IMG/VR virus record: IMGVR_UViG_3300034375_010798
DNA length: 64,000 nucleotides
Source of the DNA: a virus
Direction: 5' to 3' (one strand)
The notes under the pieces are model-generated. The model searched no databases and was not told where the DNA came from. It saw only the letters and a list, made by a program, of their open reading frames with translations. Below are positions 58,923-64,000 of this stretch, in pieces (positions within the stretch are counted from its first letter, which is position 1; each line of letters begins with the position of its first letter). The translations under genes and the position numbers were made by a program.

Positions 58923-59125
58923 ATCACCCATCACATTATAATGAATGTGGCGAATTGTATGAAGCAATTAATGTTATAGAGGCTTGGGATTTAAATTTTA
59001 ATCTGGGTAATGCTCTTAAGTATATTGCGAGAGCAAAATACAAAGGGAAAGAAGTAGAAGATTATGAAAAAGCTATTTGGTATATTGATAGAGAAATTAA
59101 AAGGGTTAAGGGGGCCAAAGTATAA
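58892..59125 (+). CDS. DUF3310-like protein
   Basis: VDHPSHY..EAI..FNLGNALKYIARA..KG..ED..KAIWY. Confidence 0.88.
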   Translation: MSKLREESKVDHPSHYNECGELYEAINVIEAWDLNFNLGNALKYIARAKYKGKEVEDYEKAIWYIDREIKRVKGAKV

Positions 59126-59489
59126 TGTAATTACAAGACAAGAATTACATAATAGATCCGTAATGAAATCAAAAGAACTAGTTTTGCCAGTTAATTTGGT
59201 GAAAAAAGTAATAGAGAATGAAAAAAATATAATAATAGAGGAGATTGTTAATATGTTAGAAAGACATCAATTAAAAGAAATGATTAGTTTGTTGGAGGTT
59301 AAGATCCAAACACTTAGGGATGATCAAGCTGTAGCTCCAACAGATAATAATAGGTTGAATATACAATCATTTACTGAAAAAATTGAAATTTTAAACAATA
59401 TTTTTAGACATTATGATTTATACAATCACATTTATGGTGAAGGAGAACGTAATGAAGTATTAAGGACTAAAACTTATGCCTCCACGTAA
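59064..59489 (+). CDS. Hypothetical protein
   Basis: ORF in operon; start uncertain. Confidence 0.5.
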   Translation: MKKLFGILIEKLKGLRGPKYNVITRQELHNRSVMKSKELVLPVNLVKKVIENEKNIIIEEIVNMLERHQLKEMISLLEVKIQTLRDDQAVAPTDNNRLNIQSFTEKIEILNNIFRHYDLYNHIYGEGERNEVLRTKTYAST

Positions 59490-59721
59490 AAAACCACCAC
59501 TCAAAGAAGGTGAAAAGGTATTAAGACTTTTTATAAATGGATCAACAATAGAAATTATATCACCAATAGAGAGAGAACAATTTTTACAAGAAATGGTTCA
59601 AGATATAAATACAAATGGTATGAGACCAGAGTGGTCTGGTTGGTATAGTTTAAGATCTTATAATGGCGGAGTTGTATCAGTTAGGATACGTTGCATAGAT
59701 GCTATAGAAGAGGTGAAATAA
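59476..59721 (+). CDS. Hypothetical protein
   Basis: AAGGA SD. Confidence 0.55.
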   Translation: MPPRKKPPLKEGEKVLRLFINGSTIEIISPIEREQFLQEMVQDINTNGMRPEWSGWYSLRSYNGGVVSVRIRCIDAIEEVK

Positions 59722-59910
59722 ATGGAAAAAATAATCAAAACATTAGTTCATAATCAAGAAAACTCAGTATACGCAATTACAGTTAGTGATAAAATTAACA
59801 CTCAAACATTGAGAAGAATATTTAATCTTCTAATGGAAGAAGAGGAGAGACTTGTTTCCGAGGGTGACTCCGATGAACCCATTTCAACCCAGACAGTAAA
59901 CAATGAATAG
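59722..59910 (+). CDS. Hypothetical protein
   Basis: GAGGTG SD. Confidence 0.55.
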   Translation: MEKIIKTLVHNQENSVYAITVSDKINTQTLRRIFNLLMEEEERLVSEGDSDEPISTQTVNNE

Positions 59911-60265
59911 AGAAAAATTAGAAGATCGTGCACTTAGCAAGAGAGATCATCTAATTGTTGCTGTTGATTTTGACAAAACGTTATTTGAAGAAGGTGAAGG
60001 TGGTTATCCTAATATAGGGGAACCTATTGATAAAACAATTAACTATGTTAAGGAACTGCAAGAGAGAGGTTCAAAAATAATTCTTTGGACTTGTAGAGAT
60101 GGTTCAGAATTATTATCAGCAATTAAGGCTTGCAATAACATGGATTTATATTTTGATGCAGTTAATGAAAACGTCGATTCATTAGTTAACTCAGACACTC
60201 TTTCAAAGAAAGTTTACGCATCAATCTATATAGATGATAAATGTATTAATGTAGAAGATATATAA
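59903..60265 (+). CDS. HAD-superfamily hydrolase
   Basis: AVDFDKTL, ILWTCR, FDAVNEN, YIDDK. Confidence 0.88.
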   Translation: MNREKLEDRALSKRDHLIVAVDFDKTLFEEGEGGYPNIGEPIDKTINYVKELQERGSKIILWTCRDGSELLSAIKACNNMDLYFDAVNENVDSLVNSDTLSKKVYASIYIDDKCINVEDI

Positions 60266-60597
60266 TGATTAATTTAGAAAGAGCAAACAGAATAGGGAGA
60301 GGTTATGTAGAAGAAGAATATAGAGGTGCAAAGAATATAGAAGTGTTGAGAAATAAAGATTTGATATATTCATCAATGAATCTTGGTAGATATGTAAAGG
60401 ATGATTGGTATTGGAAATGTGGTTTCTGTAGTGATTACACAATAAAACCAATATTAGATTACAGATGTAATAAGTGTAAGTCAAAAGTAATAAAGGTTGG
60501 TGAAGAGAAACATATGTTTTATAATACATATCTACAAAGATATTTATCACTTGGAAAGTTGGAGGCAACAGCCAATGAAGACAATAAAGAAAGATGA
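60265..60597 (+). CDS. Zn-ribbon hypothetical protein
   Basis: WKCGFC..RCNKC. Confidence 0.55.
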   Translation: MINLERANRIGRGYVEEEYRGAKNIEVLRNKDLIYSSMNLGRYVKDDWYWKCGFCSDYTIKPILDYRCNKCKSKVIKVGEEKHMFYNTYLQRYLSLGKLEATANEDNKER

Positions 60598-60838
60598 AGT
60601 AATAAAGAGATATAGTGATGAGAGAGCGGCATCATTAGTTCGCGAAGAAGGTTGGAGTTATACATCTAAATCAGAGTGGAAAACTCTGGTTAGAGATATT
60701 AATAAGAAACCTAAAGGGGAAGAAAGTGAGAGTAAAGATGATGTGAATTTAGAAGAAGGTAAAACCAAGAAGTCTCGTAAGTTTTATAAACAAAAGAAAC
60801 GCCAGAAGATGGCACGAAAGGAAGCTAAAAATGGCTGA
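60575..60838 (+). CDS. Hypothetical protein (likely start MKTIKK at 60575)
   Basis: GGAGG SD upstream of the ATG at 60575; GWSYTSKSEWK. Confidence 0.65.
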   Translation: MKTIKKDEVIKRYSDERAASLVREEGWSYTSKSEWKTLVRDINKKPKGEESESKDDVNLEEGKTKKSRKFYKQKKRQKMARKEAKNG

Positions 60839-61058
60839 ATATTGGACAACAATTGTTGAGTTTGAAGAAGATACTGGTAAGGCAAAGCCCAAGAAGTATA
60901 AGGAAACATATCTTGTAGCAGCAGATAGTGCGACTTATGCGGAGGCGCAAGTTCATAAGTTACTTGAAGGCGAGTCTGGGTTTACAGTGGTAAGTGCATC
61001 TAAGTCAAAAATCATTGAAGTAAAACTAACTGATGTTGAAGGTAAGCAACCTTCATAG
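60831..61058 (+). CDS. DUF4494-like protein
   Basis: KKYKETYLVAADSATYAEA..F.V.S..KSKIIEV; family recalled as typical of Bacteroidota. Confidence 0.7.
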   Translation: MAEYWTTIVEFEEDTGKAKPKKYKETYLVAADSATYAEAQVHKLLEGESGFTVVSASKSKIIEVKLTDVEGKQPS

Positions 61059-61072
61059 AAAGAGAGATAAAT

Positions 61073-61786
61073 ATGAGAAAGTATATTAATACATTTTTAG
61101 TAGCAACACTTGTAGTAATTGGAACAACCTTTTGTCCGTGTGATAATCATTCAGCTTCGGCCGGTGAAAATGAAGGACATTCAACTGAGTTGGAAGTTGG
61201 TGTAGCATCTCGTCATGTGTGGCGTGGTAGTTTGGCTTCAGATGCAGTGGTTATTCAACCATCACTAACTGTTCCCTTTACAAATCCATTGGGCGGAACA
61301 ACCAGTTTTAATTTGTGGGGTAATACACCTTTTAATGGAGGTGTAGGGTCAGAATTTGATCTATCTTTATCACAATCATTGGATGAGTATGGAACTATTA
61401 CTGTTTCATCATATTATTATGGTGGTGAGTATGCAAATATTGAAAACCATGATATTGATTTGATTCTTGAAGTGGCAGTAGATGACATTAACTTAACAGC
61501 AAGTAGGATACTTATCTCTGAAACGGTTGAGGGTGATAACTACATTGAGGCTGGATATGCTTTGAATGATGAGTTTGATCTATTTGTTGGTGTTGGTGAT
61601 GGTGGATATAGTGCAGACGGCGGCATGGATCTTGTAAATACGGGTTTTGTGTTTGAGATGTCACCGAATAGTTATGGTCGTAATCGTTGGGGTGGAGCTG
61701 CAAGAATGTTGAGAGGTTATACTTTGACTTTTGTATATAATCCAAGCACTGAAATGCCTAATTTTGTTGTAAGTAAGCGTTGGTAA
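61073..61786 (+). CDS. Exported outer-membrane beta-barrel protein
   Basis: Signal peptide; SRHVWRG..QPSL..FNLWG..EFDL; amphipathic strands; terminal Trp. Confidence 0.7.
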   Translation: MRKYINTFLVATLVVIGTTFCPCDNHSASAGENEGHSTELEVGVASRHVWRGSLASDAVVIQPSLTVPFTNPLGGTTSFNLWGNTPFNGGVGSEFDLSLSQSLDEYGTITVSSYYYGGEYANIENHDIDLILEVAVDDINLTASRILISETVEGDNYIEAGYALNDEFDLFVGVGDGGYSADGGMDLVNTGFVFEMSPNSYGRNRWGGAARMLRGYTLTFVYNPSTEMPNFVVSKRW

Positions 61787-61812
61787 TATAGCAAAATATA
61801 GTATTAAATAAG

Positions 61813-61852
61813 CAAATCCCACCTTGACTTTTGAGGTGGGATTTGTTATATT
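61813..61852 (+). promoter_or_regulatory. Hairpin overlapping a sigma70-type promoter
   Basis: CAAATCCCACCT (61813-24) / AGGTGGGATTTG (61834-45); TTGACT (61824-29), 17 nt, TATATT (61847-52). Confidence 0.7.
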
Positions 61853-61888
61853 TTATATATAATAAAAACATTAACATTACGGTAGAGA

Positions 61889-62101
61889 TTGATGAGTAAT
61901 CTAACAGAAGAACAAAAACAAAAATGGGATCATTTTGTTGAATACGCTAATAATAATGGTTTTATACATTACATAGGAAATTTATCTTTTGCCAGTTATA
62001 GGACTGGAGATGTAATCAAATTAGTAAGTGATGGTAAGGTAAGTTTTATTAAGAGAAATGCATCAGAGGATGCAGAATTTACTATGAAAGAAGGAGATTA
62101 G
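61889..62101 (+). CDS. Hypothetical protein
   Basis: ORF downstream of the promoter. Confidence 0.5.
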   Translation: MMSNLTEEQKQKWDHFVEYANNNGFIHYIGNLSFASYRTGDVIKLVSDGKVSFIKRNASEDAEFTMKEGD

Positions 62102-62103
62102 CT

Positions 62104-62685
62104 GTGAAAGAAGTAGCTAAGACAACAATTATATTTTGTATGACAGTATTGTTTGTTTTTTATGTTGTTGATAAAAAAATAGAAATATTAAACCTAAAAA
62201 ACAATATAGAAAATTTAGAAGATGATTTATCAATAGATAGATCTCATATAGAAGAAACAAACAATATCATAACAGATATGAAAAATCACATAGATTTTTT
62301 AGAATCACAGTTATCAAAAACTAATGAGAAGATTAGAGAGTATGAAGATAATATACATGAAGTCACCGTAACAATGTATCATCCAGTTCCAGAACAAACA
62401 GATGACACACCAGATATAACTGCGGATGGAACAAAGTTTAAGATACATAAAGCCAGTCAGTATAGATATGTGGCGGTTTCAAGAAATATGTTAAAGAGAT
62501 GGGGTGGATTCTTAGATTATGGTGACTACATTTGGGTAGAGGCAGGTAGTAAGTCTGGTGTCTATCAAGTAAGAGACACTATGAATCCAAGATACATAAA
62601 TCATATTGATATATTAGAAACTCCCGGCACGTCGCCTTACAAATATGATAACGCTAAGATGAGGTTGGTTAGCTATGAACAGTAA
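62104..62685 (+). CDS. Membrane-anchored 3D-domain protein (lytic transglycosylase-like)
   Basis: N-terminal TM helix, coiled coil, VTMY..QTDDTPDITADG..VAVSR..VRDTM..HIDI. Confidence 0.82.
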   Translation: MKEVAKTTIIFCMTVLFVFYVVDKKIEILNLKNNIENLEDDLSIDRSHIEETNNIITDMKNHIDFLESQLSKTNEKIREYEDNIHEVTVTMYHPVPEQTDDTPDITADGTKFKIHKASQYRYVAVSRNMLKRWGGFLDYGDYIWVEAGSKSGVYQVRDTMNPRYINHIDILETPGTSPYKYDNAKMRLVSYEQ

Positions 62686-63076
62686 AAGAATTAAAATAGA
62701 AAAGTTTTTTTATGGTAATTCTGATGTAGTAAATGTTAATAATAAATCATTAGAGTTTATGTATGGTGGATTAAACCCTAAAATTATTCGTAAAGAAGAC
62801 CAAGAACATATGATGATTAATGGAGCATTAGCTATAGATATAGTTGATGCTGAAAAACATCATATGGAAATGAAAGAAAAAATAGACACTCTAAAATATC
62901 ATCGTGAAATGACAGAACTGGGATATTATCATGAGCCTATGTCTTGGAATGAGTTCAGACAGTGGGTATTATCAAACCCAGAAGTAATGGAAGAGTGGTA
63001 TGAACAAGAACTTGGTCCAGAAGGCAGATATGAAGAACCAGATGATGATATATGTTGGCAGAAAGTAGAAGAATGA
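62675..63076 (+). CDS. Hypothetical protein
   Basis: ORF in operon. Confidence 0.55.
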   Translation: MNSKRIKIEKFFYGNSDVVNVNNKSLEFMYGGLNPKIIRKEDQEHMMINGALAIDIVDAEKHHMEMKEKIDTLKYHREMTELGYYHEPMSWNEFRQWVLSNPEVMEEWYEQELGPEGRYEEPDDDICWQKVEE

Positions 63077-63310
63077 ATGGAAGAAGAGATATATAAGGAA
63101 TATTATGGAACGAAGTATTATATATGGAAGGATATACCCGAAGATAGAATACCAAATATAGAGACAGACAAGGGTAAGAATGTTTTGGTAGCAGGAGCAA
63201 AGAAGAAGGAAAAGTATATACTAAAGAATGAACATAACGGAACATTTACATTAATGGATAATAATCAAGCATACAAATCTTTTCCAAAGGAAGCTGTGGT
63301 ATTAGCATGA
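63077..63310 (+). CDS. Hypothetical protein
   Basis: ORF in operon. Confidence 0.55.
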   Translation: MEEEIYKEYYGTKYYIWKDIPEDRIPNIETDKGKNVLVAGAKKKEKYILKNEHNGTFTLMDNNQAYKSFPKEAVVLA

Positions 63311-63858
63311 AACATACTATAAATTCATATTTAGAAACTTTATCTTCTAAGATAAGTGAGATTGATAGAGAAAAGTTAGAAGAAATAAAAAATCATTGGA
63401 AGACGGAATTTCAATCACAAACTTGGAAGACGAATATATATCTTATAGGTAATGGTGGTAGTTTATCTATCTGTGAGCATATCTCAACTGATTTGAATAA
63501 GCGTTGTAAGATAAGAGCACATACACTAAGCAATACTTCAATGATTACAGCATTGGGTAATGACTATGGGTATGATAATATATATTCAAAGTGGTTAGAG
63601 ATGAATCGCTTGAGTATGTATGATTATGTTGTGGCCGTATCATCCAGTGGTAAGTCTGTTAATATAGCTAAGGGATTGCAATATGCGTCAGAACGTAAAT
63701 CAAATACACTTACTATTTTTGGTATGAATGGAGAACCTATTATACCAGAGAATAGAAGAAATAGTTTTATTCATATTGATAGTCACAATTACGGTGTGGT
63801 AGAATTAGCAAGTGAGATTATATTGCACAGTATAGTAGAGGATTTGGTGTTAGAATAA
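63307..63858 (+). CDS. SIS-domain phosphoheptose isomerase (GmhA-like)
   Basis: GNGGS..H..D, TALGNDYGY, SSSGKSVNI, YGVVE..H. Confidence 0.85.
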   Translation: MKHTINSYLETLSSKISEIDREKLEEIKNHWKTEFQSQTWKTNIYLIGNGGSLSICEHISTDLNKRCKIRAHTLSNTSMITALGNDYGYDNIYSKWLEMNRLSMYDYVVAVSSSGKSVNIAKGLQYASERKSNTLTIFGMNGEPIIPENRRNSFIHIDSHNYGVVELASEIILHSIVEDLVLE

Positions 63859-64000
63859 TGAATGAAATAGTAGAGTTACTAACGTTATTTTTTATAGTCG
63901 GACTTATGTATGCTATTGTTATTATAGCGGAGAGGAATAGAATAGATAAGGATAAATGAAATGAGGTAAGATGCCGTATAAAGATCCAGAGAAGCAAAGA

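Noticed and set aside
183-63245. Minus-strand and nested alternative-frame ORFs in the track
   Set aside because: They lie within well-supported + strand genes, have shadow-like composition and show no recognisable motifs.
1-64000. Stop-codon reassignment, as seen in some large phages
   Set aside because: Core genes are full length in the standard code, and TAA, TAG and TGA all end genes at sensible positions with tight packing.
1-64000. CRISPR array, tRNA genes, or retron/DGR reverse transcriptase
   Set aside because: I saw no repeat-spacer periodicity and no RT motifs. The only T-arm/CCA structure I found belongs to the tmRNA. This was a manual read, so a tRNA scan is still advisable.
63971-64000. 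ORF start MPYKDPEKQR, reminiscent of HNH endonuclease N-termini
   Set aside because: Only 10 codons lie inside the window, too few to call.

Overview
This window is a 64 kb segment of a large, AT-rich (roughly 30% GC by eye) T4-like tailed phage. It reads in the standard genetic code, and essentially all credible genes are on the + strand. Order: replication and nucleotide metabolism (helicase C-terminus, thioredoxin, class II RNR, dCMP deaminase, DnaE, adenine MTase, RuvC, primase, fused SbcD-SbcC); holin plus a candidate lysin; Hsp20 and a glycosyltransferase; a tmRNA gene (24612-24895, absent from the ORF track); a cluster of small basic proteins with MKLxxLLxE leaders; a WYL protein; terminase, portal and prohead protease; a ~14 kb block of large paralogous structural proteins; ribosomal protein bS21; scaffold and major capsid; ThyX; a divergent sigma factor; and accessory genes (DUF4494-like, outer-membrane barrel, 3D domain, GmhA-like). 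Main observations: (1) a phage translation module (tmRNA and bS21); (2) a family of candidate capsid-targeted, protease-matured cargo proteins; (3) an unannotated metallothionein-like microprotein; (4) codon-level avoidance of CCWGG and GTAC; (5) two promoter classes and a sigma factor with altered DNA-contact residues. Host clues point to the Bacteroidota/FCB group but conflict with the canonical sigma70-type promoters. All family names come from motif recognition, not database searches.
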